Counted from the first letter of the stretch, positions 33,601 through 43,695 are shown. The stretch is DNA of 64,000 nucleotides from an uncultured Candidatus Saccharibacteria bacterium (GCA_964600285.1 CAZRIZ010000001.1:188-64187); one strand, 5' to 3'. Notes: generated from the letters alone by a model not told the origin. Translations and numbers: made by a program.

Positions 33601-36414
33601 ATGCAAAATTTTATTGAGGTGAAGGGCGCGCGCGAGCACAATTTAAAGAATGTAGATGTGCGGATTCCGCGTGACAAGTTAGTCGTGATGACCGGTTTGT
33701 CTGGTTCGGGTAAATCAACTTTAGCCTTTGATACGATTTATGCCGAAGGCCAAAGGCGCTATGTTGAGAGTTTGTCTAGCTATGCCAGGCAGTTTTTAGG
33801 TGTAATGACCAAGCCTGATGTTGATATGATTACGGGCCTATCGCCAGCTATCTCGATTGACCAGAAATCGGCTTCACGCAATCCAAGATCGACTGTGGCA
33901 ACTGTAACAGAAATTTATGACTACATGCGTTTGTTGTTTGCTCGAGTTGGTGTGCCACACTGTCCTATTTGTGGTCGGGTGGTAACTAGGCAAACAGGGC
34001 AATCTATTATCAACGAAATTAGCGAGACTTTTCTTGATAAAAAAATAATCATATTAGCGCCTTTGGTTAAAGCCAAGAAGGGCGAGTTTTCGTATATTCC
34101 AGAGAAATACATCAAAGACGGCTATGCTCGCGTGCGAGTAGACGGAGTAATTTATGATTTAGATGAATTCCCTGAGCTTAAAAAAAGTTTCAAACACGAT
34201 ATTGAACTAGTCGTAGACCGTTTGGTTGTTAGTAAGGATTTGGTTTCGCGTTTGGCCAATTCGGTTGAGCAGGCGTTACAAATCGGTCAGGAAATTGTAG
34301 AGATTTTAGATTTAGATTCGGGTGAGGTGCTTGATTACTCATTACGCTACGCTTGTCCAAAGCATCCCGAAGTTAATATTCCGGAATTAGAGCCTCGTTT
34401 ATTTAGCTTTAATGCGCCAATGGGGGCTTGCCCTGTCTGTACTGGCCTAGGCATTCGTCAGGAAATTGACGCCAGCCTGGTTTTTAATAGCAACTTAACC
34501 ATCGCTGAAGGTGGGATTCGAACATATAATCGCATTGGCTATGACTCTTGGTATGTTCAGCGCATGCAGGCTGTAGGTGATAAACACGGTTTTAGCGTGC
34601 GAACGCCAATCAAACTCTTATCTGATGAAACCATCAATTTAGTTTTGTATGGTACTGGCGATGAAAAATATCGGGTTAAGACGCATAGTGGGAGTGAATA
34701 TGAGACGACCTTTGAGGGTGTAATCCCCAATCTTGAGCGCCGTCATCGTGAGACCAATAGTGAATTTGTCCGCAAAGATATCGAGAGATTTATGCGCGAA
34801 ACCCCCTGCCGAGCTTGTCACGGTTTGCGTCTAAAGCCTGAAGTCTTGGCAGTTACGGTAGCGGATAAAAATATTATGGACATTAGTTCCATGTCGGTTG
34901 ATCAGGCCGTGGGTTATTTTGCTCAGGTTAAGCTACCGAGCGAAGAAAAAATGATGATTGCTCGGCCGATTATTAAAGAAATTTTATTGCGCTTGGATTT
35001 TTTGAATGACGTAGGACTTAATTATTTGGCGTTGGGGCGGTCGGCTAATACCTTATCTGGCGGTGAGTCTCAGCGAATTCGTTTAGCGACTCAAATTGGT
35101 TCTGGCTTGCAAGGGGTGCTTTATGTTTTAGATGAGCCGTCTATCGGCTTGCATCAACGTGATAATAACCGCCTTTTGGGCACGCTTAAGCATTTGCGCG
35201 ACCTTGGCAACACCGTCTTGGTGGTTGAGCACGACGAAGATACGATTCGCCAAGCTGATTATTTAATCGATGTTGGTCCTGGTGCTGGCAAAAACGGTGG
35301 TCAAATTGTAGCTTCTGGCACGCCAGAAGAAGTTATGGCTAACCCGGCTAGTATAACGGGGCAATACTTGTCGGGTAAGAAAACTATTGTTGTGCCAAAT
35401 AAGCGGCGCCCAGTTAAGAAGGATAACAATATCGTGATTCGTGGTGCAAGTGAGCACAACTTGAGAGATATCGACGTTGAGTTTCCTGTAGGCGTTTTAA
35501 CGGCCGTTACTGGCGTGTCTGGTTCGGGAAAATCAACTCTTGTAAATCAAATCTTGGCAAGAGAACTTTTGTCCCGATTTTATCGGGCTAAGGATATTCC
35601 TGGAAGGCACAAAGACATTGAAGGCTTGGAAAAGATTGATAAGGTGATTGTAATTGATCAGTCGCCAATTGGACGAACTCCACGCTCGAATCCAGCGACT
35701 TATACGGGCTTGTTTACGCAAATCCGCGAACTATACGCCTCTATTCCAGAAGCAAATTTACGCGGATATAAGCCCGGTCGATTTAGTTTTAATGTTCGAG
35801 GTGGGCGTTGTGAGTCTTGCCAAGGTGATGGCGTGAAGAAGATTGAAATGCACTTTTTACCAGATGTCTATGTGACTTGTGATGAATGCCATGGCAAGCG
35901 CTACAATCATGAAGTTTTGGAAATAAAATATAAGAATAAATCTATTAGCGACGTGCTAGACATGACTATTGAACAAGCCTCGGAATTTTTCGCCAACTTA
36001 CCAAATATGAAGCGTCGTTTAGACACGATGATGGAGGTGGGTTTGGGTTATGTTGGTCTGGGCCAGTCGGCCACGACTTTATCGGGTGGCGAGGCGCAAC
36101 GTGTTAAATTGGCAACTGAACTGGCTCGTCGTTCAACTGGTAAAACGCTGTACATTCTAGATGAACCGACCACGGGGCTACATATTGATGACGTGGCGCG
36201 ACTTTTGAGTATATTACACAAACTGGTGGATGAAAACAACACAGTCGTCGTCATTGAACATAATTTGGACGTTATAAAATCGGCTGACTGGGTGATTGAT
36301 CTTGGCCCAGAAGGCGGTATTGGCGGCGGTTCAATTGTAGCAACTGGAACGCCAGAGTCTGTCGCTAAGTCAAAAGAATCTTACACCGGGCGATACCTGC
36401 GTCCGCTACTGTAG
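33601..36414 (+). CDS. uvrA: Excinuclease ABC subunit A
   Basis: Two ABC modules (GLSGSGKST and GVSGSGKST), LSGGE signatures and zinc-finger cysteines. The 937-aa length is typical. Confidence 0.97.
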   Translation: MQNFIEVKGAREHNLKNVDVRIPRDKLVVMTGLSGSGKSTLAFDTIYAEGQRRYVESLSSYARQFLGVMTKPDVDMITGLSPAISIDQKSASRNPRSTVATVTEIYDYMRLLFARVGVPHCPICGRVVTRQTGQSIINEISETFLDKKIIILAPLVKAKKGEFSYIPEKYIKDGYARVRVDGVIYDLDEFPELKKSFKHDIELVVDRLVVSKDLVSRLANSVEQALQIGQEIVEILDLDSGEVLDYSLRYACPKHPEVNIPELEPRLFSFNAPMGACPVCTGLGIRQEIDASLVFNSNLTIAEGGIRTYNRIGYDSWYVQRMQAVGDKHGFSVRTPIKLLSDETINLVLYGTGDEKYRVKTHSGSEYETTFEGVIPNLERRHRETNSEFVRKDIERFMRETPCRACHGLRLKPEVLAVTVADKNIMDISSMSVDQAVGYFAQVKLPSEEKMMIARPIIKEILLRLDFLNDVGLNYLALGRSANTLSGGESQRIRLATQIGSGLQGVLYVLDEPSIGLHQRDNNRLLGTLKHLRDLGNTVLVVEHDEDTIRQADYLIDVGPGAGKNGGQIVASGTPEEVMANPASITGQYLSGKKTIVVPNKRRPVKKDNNIVIRGASEHNLRDIDVEFPVGVLTAVTGVSGSGKSTLVNQILARELLSRFYRAKDIPGRHKDIEGLEKIDKVIVIDQSPIGRTPRSNPATYTGLFTQIRELYASIPEANLRGYKPGRFSFNVRGGRCESCQGDGVKKIEMHFLPDVYVTCDECHGKRYNHEVLEIKYKNKSISDVLDMTIEQASEFFANLPNMKRRLDTMMEVGLGYVGLGQSATTLSGGEAQRVKLATELARRSTGKTLYILDEPTTGLHIDDVARLLSILHKLVDENNTVVVIEHNLDVIKSADWVIDLGPEGGIGGGSIVATGTPESVAKSKESYTGRYLRPLL

Positions 36415-36445
36415 CAAGTTTGTGATTTATTTGTTCTAATGTAAT

Positions 36446-36474
36446 TTGCGTTGCTTTTTGAAAGCAAGTATAAT
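36446..36474 (+). promoter_or_regulatory. Promoter placed for a leaderless start at 36482
   Basis: TTGCGT (36446-36451), 17 nt, TATAAT (36469-36474), with the ATG 7 nt downstream and no SD. Confidence 0.55.
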
Positions 36475-36481
36475 TGTGTTT

Positions 36482-38092
36482 ATGGCAAAAGGGGTGGCGA
36501 AACCGATTCTGTATTTAGTTGGACAGTCAGTTGATGTCGTTAATTTGCATTTGTCACCGAGTGTGTCGACTTTGGCTGATGAAACTGGACGACACTGGTT
36601 AGATTTACGGTTTGACGACGAGCCATTTGTTTACGATTGGACAAAAACCGAGAGGATTGATTGGCTAGCCTTGAAGCGCCTACTTCAGAATGACTATCAG
36701 GTTATTACAAACAGTGACAATGACCACAAAGAGATTTGGTATCAACTAGAAGTTGAGGGGCAGACCAAACTATTTCAGCCTAAAAAATCCAATTCAATGT
36801 GGCGCGACCCAGAAACCAAACCTAATCTAATTTATATAAGTCGTACGGCAAACTTATCTGATAGCGATTTGCGAGAGATTGCTAAATATCGTTTAGACAA
36901 TCCTGATGTGAAAATAATCTGCGATCGGCCAATTGACCCTAGGCTAATTGAGTTGGCTGATTGGGTGCTATTGACTATCCAGAATCGCGCTCAGGCGATG
37001 ACTCAAATTTCTCGGTTTAAAAATTCACACCGGATTTTTGTTCAAGCCGACGATGGTCGCTGGTGGATATCTGATGGAGAAAAAATCCTAGAAGGCCATA
37101 GCTTAGCTGGTTTGCCTGACGGCGAGTGGCTGAAACTTATCCTGTCCTTATCGACCCAACCTTGTAATATAGAAGACGAAGCGGGGTTGATAACGCTTGG
37201 CATTGAGCAAATTAAATCTGGTCAGGAACTAAACCTTGTTGATGTCGATATGGATTATTTAGATTTTGAGCATATCAAAGTCTTGGCGGGCACGCCAGAT
37301 TTTCGTCGACAAATTAATAAAATTCGCCGCACTTTAGATAGTAAAAAACTACCCCTGCTTCATTTGGACAATTTATCGGCGTTGGCAAAAGTGTTTCAAT
37401 CTAAAAATTATAATGAATTTATTAAGTTGATTTTGCAGGAACCGTTGTCAGATGGCTTTAGCGCGGTCTTATTTGATCCCCAGATTGTGGCCTCTTTCGG
37501 ACAGATTGATTTACCGCGCGATATTCGTTTAGCGATTAGGGTAGATACTGGTTACGAACAACTACCGGGTTTTGCAAAAGAGAGAATTACAACTGGCCTA
37601 GATGGATTAGACAAGCGCCTATCTATGTATCGTCAAAATGGTTTTGACGTGGCGAGCTGGAGATTATGGGCCGCTCTAGACGACACTTTGAGCGATACAG
37701 CAATTTTATCTAACGCTCACTTGGCAGCACGGTTTGCTAAAATATCTCAAAACGCCGGTTTATTGCCGATGGTGGAGTTGAAGACTAGTGGTAGGGATAT
37801 AGTCAAATTAAACCGCTTAATTAAGTCTGTTGCTCAAGAAATGAAGCTATTTAAGGTTGATTTGTCGACCGTCGCTCTTTTATTGTCAGATCAGGAGGTC
37901 GACCTTAAAACGGCTGAACTCGATCAAGACGCCCTACCGATGCTAATTTTCTCTAGTGGGCCAACAAAGTCACTGAGCTTACCAGTCGTGCGCGACACGT
38001 TGGTGTCGGCTGTCGAGCTAGCCAATAGTTTACCGTCTCCTGAAATAATCCCTGAAATTAAAGTTGAGCTTAAAAAACTATTTCAACCCTAG
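36482..38092 (+). CDS. Hypothetical protein (536 aa)
   Basis: A long clean ORF. I prefer the ATG at 36482 because of the promoter geometry. There is no TM segment and no family I can name with confidence. Confidence 0.7.
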   Translation: MAKGVAKPILYLVGQSVDVVNLHLSPSVSTLADETGRHWLDLRFDDEPFVYDWTKTERIDWLALKRLLQNDYQVITNSDNDHKEIWYQLEVEGQTKLFQPKKSNSMWRDPETKPNLIYISRTANLSDSDLREIAKYRLDNPDVKIICDRPIDPRLIELADWVLLTIQNRAQAMTQISRFKNSHRIFVQADDGRWWISDGEKILEGHSLAGLPDGEWLKLILSLSTQPCNIEDEAGLITLGIEQIKSGQELNLVDVDMDYLDFEHIKVLAGTPDFRRQINKIRRTLDSKKLPLLHLDNLSALAKVFQSKNYNEFIKLILQEPLSDGFSAVLFDPQIVASFGQIDLPRDIRLAIRVDTGYEQLPGFAKERITTGLDGLDKRLSMYRQNGFDVASWRLWAALDDTLSDTAILSNAHLAARFAKISQNAGLLPMVELKTSGRDIVKLNRLIKSVAQEMKLFKVDLSTVALLLSDQEVDLKTAELDQDALPMLIFSSGPTKSLSLPVVRDTLVSAVELANSLPSPEIIPEIKVELKKLFQP

Positions 38093-38160
38093 ATTTTTAA
38101 GACTCAAGATGATATAATTGGTAAAATTATACGAAATGACCAAAATTTTATAGGAGATAT

Positions 38161-38862
38161 ATGTCTGAACGAATTGATTTTAAAGTAACTAAACGAGATT
38201 TGACTGGTAAGAAAGCTAAGCTACTTCGCACTAACGGAATTATTCCTGGTGTTGCTTATGGTGCTAGCCTGGAGTCAGTTAACGTCCAAGCCGATGAGCT
38301 ACCTCTAGAGAAGTTAATTAGTCAGGTTGGAACTAGTACACCACTTGATTTGGTTGTTGACGGCAAGAAGCATTTATCAATCATCAAGAACATAGATCGT
38401 GATGCTGTGTCGAACAAGATTTATAACATAGAGTTTCAAATAGTTTCTGCTGATGAGGAGATTGAGACTGATGTGCCTATTCGCTTGGTTGGTTTGGGTG
38501 AAAGTGCGGCTGAAAGAGCTGGCTTTGTCGTTATGCAAGTCTTGGACGAGATTGCCTTGCTAGCTAAACCGGCTGATATGATCCCAGCTTTGGAGGTTGA
38601 TATTAAAAACCTAACGGCTGTGGGAGATAATATATCAATTTCGGACATTACTTTGCCGAGCGGTGTTGAATTTGCCGATAAAGATATTGATCCAAACTTG
38701 GCTGTGGCTAACGTTTACGATCCAGCAGAGCTTGAAGCAGCTAATGAAGCGGCTGGCGGTGATGCAACTGATGTCAGCGAAGTTGAGTCTGAAAAGGGCG
38801 GCCCTACTCCAGAAGATACCACCACTGAGGCTGAGGCTGCTGATAGCGCTAAAGAGGAATAA
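38161..38862 (+). CDS. rplY: 50S ribosomal protein L25/Ctc (long form)
   Basis: TAGGAG RBS upstream. The N-terminus has the L25 signature (R...GK..AK.LR..G.IPGV.YG) and the C-terminal tail is acidic. Confidence 0.9.
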   Translation: MSERIDFKVTKRDLTGKKAKLLRTNGIIPGVAYGASLESVNVQADELPLEKLISQVGTSTPLDLVVDGKKHLSIIKNIDRDAVSNKIYNIEFQIVSADEEIETDVPIRLVGLGESAAERAGFVVMQVLDEIALLAKPADMIPALEVDIKNLTAVGDNISISDITLPSGVEFADKDIDPNLAVANVYDPAELEAANEAAGGDATDVSEVESEKGGPTPEDTTTEAEAADSAKEE

Positions 38863-38917
38863 CACACTGTTAATAAACAAAATCCCTCGGCTTCGGGGGA
38901 TTTTATTTTAGAAAAAT

Positions 38918-40411
38918 ATGGTCAAGGAATTTCAAGCTAAAATTAACACGTTGCCGCTCTCCCCAGGAGTGTATCTTTATAAGAACGTTCAGGGGGAGAT
39001 TATCTATGTTGGCAAGGCGATGCGCTTGCGTCAGAGGGTAAAGCAATATTTCTCTAAACGAGTTAGCGATTTAAAGACTAAGGCGCTGGTAGCAGAAATT
39101 GCTGACTTAGATTTTATTGAAACCGCTAACGAGCTTGACGCCCTACTACTAGAAGCGGAACTGGTCAAACGCTACCAGCCACACTACAACATCCTATTAC
39201 GTGACGATAAGTCGGCCGTTTATATCAAAATAACCTTGTATAAAGCGATACCAGACGTTAGTATAATTCGTTTACCAGACGATGATCGAGCGCTCTATTT
39301 TGGGCCTTACTACAACGCTTATCCGATTCGTCAGGCTTTGCGTTATCTGCGCAAGATTTTTCCTTATTTCCCCAAGCCATATAATCCGAACGGCAGAACA
39401 ACTCTTGACCAACAAATTAATTTGTCTCCCAAGGTTGAGACTAACTTTGAGCAAAAAAAATATCGCAAGGATCTGAGTCAAATCATTCGCTTTCTAAGAG
39501 GCGATAGCCTAAAAGTTGTAGCTGATTTAGAAAAAGCGATGCATCGTTTTGCTGATAACCAAGATTTTGAACAAGCGGCACAGCTTAGAAATAAACTACA
39601 GCGTCTGCGCGCGTTGCAACACAAGGTAAAATTTAATGATGAATCGATAGCCAAGAACGACGATGGCCTAGTAGCCATGCAACAAATATTCAACTTACCC
39701 AAGATTCCACAGCGAATTGAGGGGTATGATATATCACACCTATCTGGCACTAATGTGGTGGCTAGCATGGTGGTGTTTGTGAACGGCATATCAAGTCGTC
39801 CGAATTATCGTCGTTTCAAGATAAGAGTTGATCAAAATGATGATTTTGCCAGTATGCGTGAAGTCATAGCCCGACGTTTTCGTGAGTCAAACGTCAAAAA
39901 ATGGGGTTTGCCCGATTTTATACTAATCGATGGAGGCAAGGGTCAATTAGCCGCAGCAATAGATTCACTCGTCAAGACCGGATATAGCGATATACCGGTA
40001 GTGGGTTTAGCAAAACAATTTGAAGAAATTATTATATCTCAAGGGTCGTCTATTGTCAGGGTAAGTCGTCAGTTGGGCGTGGGTCTAAGAGGGCTTGGTG
40101 ATAATTTTTTATCGCTCGCTCTGCCACGGCATCATCCAACTCTTAGACTATTGCAACGTGTTCGTGATGAAGCTCATCGCTTCGCTATAACTTACCAGTC
40201 AAAGCTAAGTAGGGTACGAACCTTGGCATCGCAACTAGATAGCGTTAAGGGTATTGGCCCAGTAACTAGAAATAAAATTCAAAAATCTTTTGGCGGTCGA
40301 GTCGACATTAAGTCACTAAGTTTTGAAGAATTATCTGGGGCAGTTGGTCCAGCTAAGGCATCGCTTATCCTCGAGAGTATTAATAATGGTGGTGACAAAA
40401 GTGGTAAATAA
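38918..40411 (+). CDS. uvrC: Excinuclease ABC subunit C (short, 497 aa)
   Basis: It has a GIY-YIG domain (GVYLYKNVQGEIIYVGKA...RV.QYF), a UVR motif (FEQAAQLRNKLQRLRAL), the endonuclease domain and a C-terminal HhH (VKGIGPVT). Confidence 0.92.
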   Translation: MVKEFQAKINTLPLSPGVYLYKNVQGEIIYVGKAMRLRQRVKQYFSKRVSDLKTKALVAEIADLDFIETANELDALLLEAELVKRYQPHYNILLRDDKSAVYIKITLYKAIPDVSIIRLPDDDRALYFGPYYNAYPIRQALRYLRKIFPYFPKPYNPNGRTTLDQQINLSPKVETNFEQKKYRKDLSQIIRFLRGDSLKVVADLEKAMHRFADNQDFEQAAQLRNKLQRLRALQHKVKFNDESIAKNDDGLVAMQQIFNLPKIPQRIEGYDISHLSGTNVVASMVVFVNGISSRPNYRRFKIRVDQNDDFASMREVIARRFRESNVKKWGLPDFILIDGGKGQLAAAIDSLVKTGYSDIPVVGLAKQFEEIIISQGSSIVRVSRQLGVGLRGLGDNFLSLALPRHHPTLRLLQRVRDEAHRFAITYQSKLSRVRTLASQLDSVKGIGPVTRNKIQKSFGGRVDIKSLSFEELSGAVGPAKASLILESINNGGDKSGK

Positions 40412-40445
40412 CGGTATAATGGGATAAACCGATTAAAGAGGAAAT

Positions 40446-40664
40446 ATGCTTTCTAATATAACAATAGTTACCGGCATTTTAACTATCATTCTAATTATCC
40501 TACAACAGCGAGGCGCTAGTTTGGGATCTGGGTTTGGTGCTTCGGGCGAGTTACACACCGAGCGACGTGGTTTAGAGAAAAGTATTTTTGATATGACGAT
40601 TATGATAGCCACTATCTTTGTTATATCCATACTTGTGCCGGCTATTTTTCCTAATATTAATTAA
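40446..40664 (+). CDS. secG: Preprotein translocase subunit SecG
   Basis: 72 aa with two TM segments. The motif LIILQQRGASLGSGFG resembles the SecG signature (Q..K..G.G..FG). Confidence 0.75.
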   Translation: MLSNITIVTGILTIILIILQQRGASLGSGFGASGELHTERRGLEKSIFDMTIMIATIFVISILVPAIFPNIN

Positions 40665-40672
40665 CTCATAAA

Positions 40673-42502
40673 GTGAAATCTAAACACGAGTTAAAAAATA
40701 ACGCCCCCAAGGCTAAATCAAAGAAGCCATTTTGGCACATTATTTCAAATAAAGAATTAGTCAAGCAAGCTAATGAGCTTGAAAAATCCGTGGTTAGTGG
40801 AACCGAACGCTTTGTTATCCGAAAATGGCAAAAGATTCGTGAAGTTAGAAACCAGATTATTATCTGGTCTTCGTTGCTAGTTACGGTACTTTTGGCGCTA
40901 GGGCTACAAATATTTTTTAGTCAGAGAGGCTATCGTTCTCTTACGATGGTCGGTGGTGGAACTTATCGCGAAGGTGTCGTTGGCAAAATAGACTCCTTAA
41001 ACCCTCTCTATGCTATGACTGAGTCGGAAAAATCGGCTAGCTACTTGATGTTCTCGCGTCTTTTAAGCTACGACTCAACTGGTAGCCTGAAGAACGATTT
41101 AGCTAAGTCTTTAACCGTTTCTGGTGACGGTACGACCTATTCTGTGACAATTCGTGATGACGTTTATTGGCATGATGGCGAAAAACTAACGGCAAAAGAT
41201 ATTAAGTTTACAATTGACTTAATTCAGAGCGCTACTGTTAAGTCCTCGCTTGGTAGCATGTGGCGGGGTGTTAAGGTTCAGCAGGTTGGCGATTACTCGA
41301 TCGAATTTATATTACCAGCGCCTTACGGTCCGTTTCGCCCAGCTCTAACATTTTCAGTTTTACCAGAACATATTTTGGGCCAAGTTGATTTAGCAAATTT
41401 GCGAGAAGTGGACTTCTCGTCAGCGCCAGTTGGCTCTGGTCCGCTACGTTTTCAATCTTTAAGAAACGTTACGATTAGTGGTGGCTATAAACAGGTGTTG
41501 CATCTGACGGTTAATAATAGCTACTATCAACCACCATCTAGATTAAACCGTTTTGAGCTTCACGCTTTTGCTAGTCAAGCTGACTTACGCCAGTCGATTA
41601 ATGACGGCGAGATTAATGCCGGGGCTAACGTTGCCTTGTCTGATATTGAAGATCAGTCAAAATGGACTGTGCAGGACTTGGTCCTGCAAAATGGCGTCTT
41701 TGCTTTTTTCAACAATGACAGCGAAAGTTTGAAAAATGCCAATGTTAGAAAGGCCCTTCGCTCATCGTTAAATTTGGCAGCGATAAGAAATCAATTTAAT
41801 TCTGTAAACGGTAACCATCGAGCGCTAGATTTGCCAATTTTGCCAGAACAGTTAGGGGACTATAAACCGGAAATTTCGAAGTGGTTTGACTTAGAATCAG
41901 CTACGAAAACTCTTCAGGCACAGGGATATAAGTTAAACAATGGAAAATGGCAAGATAATTCGGGGCAGAACCTGAAGCTTGATGTAGTGGCGGTTAAGGA
42001 TTCTGGCTACGTTCAACTAGCAGAGTTGCTAACTGAGGCTTGGCGAGATTTCGGTATAGAAATCGATTTAAACATGGTTGACTTGAACGACCAAAACATT
42101 GATTTCGTACGTAATTTCTTGCAACCGCGCTACTATGACGTTTTAATTTACGAAATTGCTTTAGGTTCTGATCCGGACCAGTTTGCCTATTGGCACTCAT
42201 CACAAAAATTCGCTAATGGCTTGAATCAGGCTAATTATTCCGATTCTGTATCCGACGCGCTCTTATCCACGGCTCGTGCTAGTAATGACCTAGACTTGCG
42301 CCAAGCCAAATACAAAAACTTTGTTCAGCGTTGGTTGAGCGATGCCCCAGCCGTTGCCTTAGTTCGGTCAAACTTTCGTTATGCTTTAGCAAATAATACT
42401 CAGGCCGGTCCATCAAGTAGCGTGTTGGCCAACCCACAAACACGCTACTCAGCCCTTAGTGATTTCTTAGTCAGTCAGCGTCTAGTTTACACTACACCTT
42501 AG
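40673..42502 (+). CDS. ABC transporter substrate-binding protein, family 5 (OppA/DppA-like), membrane-anchored
   Basis: GTG start, though the exact start is uncertain. After an N-terminal TM segment there is an SBP_bac_5-like region (YREGVVGKIDSLNPLYA...WHDGEKLTAKDIKFT...). Confidence 0.85.
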   Translation: MKSKHELKNNAPKAKSKKPFWHIISNKELVKQANELEKSVVSGTERFVIRKWQKIREVRNQIIIWSSLLVTVLLALGLQIFFSQRGYRSLTMVGGGTYREGVVGKIDSLNPLYAMTESEKSASYLMFSRLLSYDSTGSLKNDLAKSLTVSGDGTTYSVTIRDDVYWHDGEKLTAKDIKFTIDLIQSATVKSSLGSMWRGVKVQQVGDYSIEFILPAPYGPFRPALTFSVLPEHILGQVDLANLREVDFSSAPVGSGPLRFQSLRNVTISGGYKQVLHLTVNNSYYQPPSRLNRFELHAFASQADLRQSINDGEINAGANVALSDIEDQSKWTVQDLVLQNGVFAFFNNDSESLKNANVRKALRSSLNLAAIRNQFNSVNGNHRALDLPILPEQLGDYKPEISKWFDLESATKTLQAQGYKLNNGKWQDNSGQNLKLDVVAVKDSGYVQLAELLTEAWRDFGIEIDLNMVDLNDQNIDFVRNFLQPRYYDVLIYEIALGSDPDQFAYWHSSQKFANGLNQANYSDSVSDALLSTARASNDLDLRQAKYKNFVQRWLSDAPAVALVRSNFRYALANNTQAGPSSSVLANPQTRYSALSDFLVSQRLVYTTP

Positions 42503-42523
42503 TTCTTATATAATTTCAGTAAT

Positions 42524-42610
42524 GCGCGCGTGGCGGAATTGGTAGACGCGCTAGCTTCAGGAGCTAGTAAGAGCAATCTTGTGGAAGTTCAAGTCTTCTC
42601 GTGCGCACCA
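42524..42610 (+). tRNA. tRNA-Leu (anticodon CAG), long variable arm, encoded CCA
   Basis: The acceptor stem is GCGCGCG/CGTGCGC. The anticodon stem is CTAGC/GCTAG with loop TTCAGGA. The T-arm is GTTCAAGTC and the tRNA is 87 nt long. An upstream promoter reads TTTACA-17-TATAAT. Confidence 0.95.
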
Positions 42611-42633
42611 AAGAAATCGTAGAACGGAAATTG

Positions 42634-42656
42634 TCGCCCTTTCGGGCGATTTTTTC
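42634..42656. terminator. Bidirectional intrinsic terminator
   Basis: TCGCCC-TTTC-GGGCGA is followed by TTTTTT on the plus strand and preceded by an A-rich tract. It sits between tRNA-Leu and the convergent gene 42706-43278. Confidence 0.75.
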
Positions 42657-42705
42657 TTTGGTCGTGCGCAGCGCGAACCAGATGTTTTTTCGCTGTCTGC
42701 TTTAT

Positions 42706-43278
42706 CTAACGTATATTCTTAATAAGAAGAAAAACTGCCTGCGCTTGACTGATATTTGCACTAAAGATACCCAGTCCACCACTCATTTTGTTAGCCACTG
42801 CCGATAACCGCCAAGCCTCCGGCATAGCAGTTTCGCCCATAATGTGCGCTCTCAGCATTTTGTACTTAGGGTCGTTAATTGGCGACTCCCACATATACAA
42901 GTAGTTCAAGTCCTCCAAAAAATCTTTGGTTTTTGCTGCAGTTTTTACGATATTTGGTAATGCGTCAAAAGACTTATTGTTGCAAGCCCACATAAATGTG
43001 TCGTGGTCTGTGTTGACCGAGCCAATAACCTCTATGTTGGCGACCAGGTCTTTCCCATCAGGTCTACCAGAGAAAGTTACTGTACCGTCAAGCAAGTCAG
43101 CACCCCAGCGACCACCTTCAGAGCCAATACCATACTTTTCGTGCAAGTCGGCGTTTTGCTTTTGCAGCTCGTCAAAACTTTGCTGTATAAAATCCTCTAA
43201 ACCCTCTGGGGTTTTGAGCCTCGCCTTATCTGTTAGGCTATTTTGATCAAAACTGAATTCGTAAGTATCTGATGACAT
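42706..43278 (-). CDS. Hypothetical protein (190 aa)
   Basis: I prefer the ATG at 43278 (MSSDTYEF...). A TGtATAAT extended -10 (minus strand, TATAAT at 43293-43288) lies 9 nt upstream. There is no TM segment and no recognisable family. Confidence 0.65.
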   Translation of the reverse strand: MSSDTYEFSFDQNSLTDKARLKTPEGLEDFIQQSFDELQKQNADLHEKYGIGSEGGRWGADLLDGTVTFSGRPDGKDLVANIEVIGSVNTDHDTFMWACNNKSFDALPNIVKTAAKTKDFLEDLNYLYMWESPINDPKYKMLRAHIMGETAMPEAWRLSAVANKMSGGLGIFSANISQAQAVFLLIKNIR

Positions 43279-43317
43279 AATGCCTAGATTATACAATTTA
43301 CAACACAAAAGGAAAAA

Positions 43318-43337
43318 CCGGCTACGTTTGTAGCCGG
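43318..43337 (-). terminator. Intrinsic terminator of the 115-aa gene
   Basis: A perfect 8-bp stem, CCGGCTAC-GTTT-GTAGCCGG, is followed by TTTTTCC on the minus strand. Confidence 0.65.
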
Positions 43338-43347
43338 CCTATGGCGG

Positions 43348-43695
43348 TTACGCAGTCGCTGTGGCGATACGCCTCAGCGTTGCGTGATTGGTGTTGCCGT
43401 TGTTTCGGCAGCACCAGTCGTCGCCACATTTGTGGAGGTGAAACTGAGCCTCAAGCTCAGTTCCATATTGATCCTCGCCACGAACGGTGACGCTTCCGTC
43501 ACCGTTGGGCGAGCAGTTTCGGGGGAAGAGCAGGATTACTTGGTGAATCCCGTCACCAATTCTCCTCAGGAATGCCAGGTTAGCGCTTCCGCTTCGGTTT
43601 CCCTCCGCGGTTAAGGCGAGAGCCTTTTTTAGGTGATGTTCCTCATATTCTCTGAGTGTTGTCACCTGGATTCCTTTTCCTAGTTCTGTCGCCAT
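43348..43695 (-). CDS. Hypothetical small protein (115 aa), GC-elevated
   Basis: GGAGGG RBS. The promoter TTGACT-16-TATAAT (43801-43774, minus strand) has the same A-tract and -35 context as the cassette promoter at 3956. A hand count gives 34/60 G+C at 43381-43440. Confidence 0.6.
   Translation of the reverse strand: MATELGKGIQVTTLREYEEHHLKKALALTAEGNRSGSANLAFLRRIGDGIHQVILLFPRNCSPNGDGSVTVRGEDQYGTELEAQFHLHKCGDDWCCRNNGNTNHATLRRIATATA

Noticed and set aside
42663-42671. Nine-nt copies of tRNA 3' ends that could be att-site remnants. TCGTGCGCA at 42663-42671 matches the 3' end of tRNA-Leu(CAG), and GTCGCCCAC at 46858-46866 matches the 3' end of tRNA-Val(UAC).
   Set aside because: The matches are only 9 nt long. 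One is part of a terminator stem, the spacing does not delimit a plausible island, and no integrase is present. That is too weak to call attL or attR.
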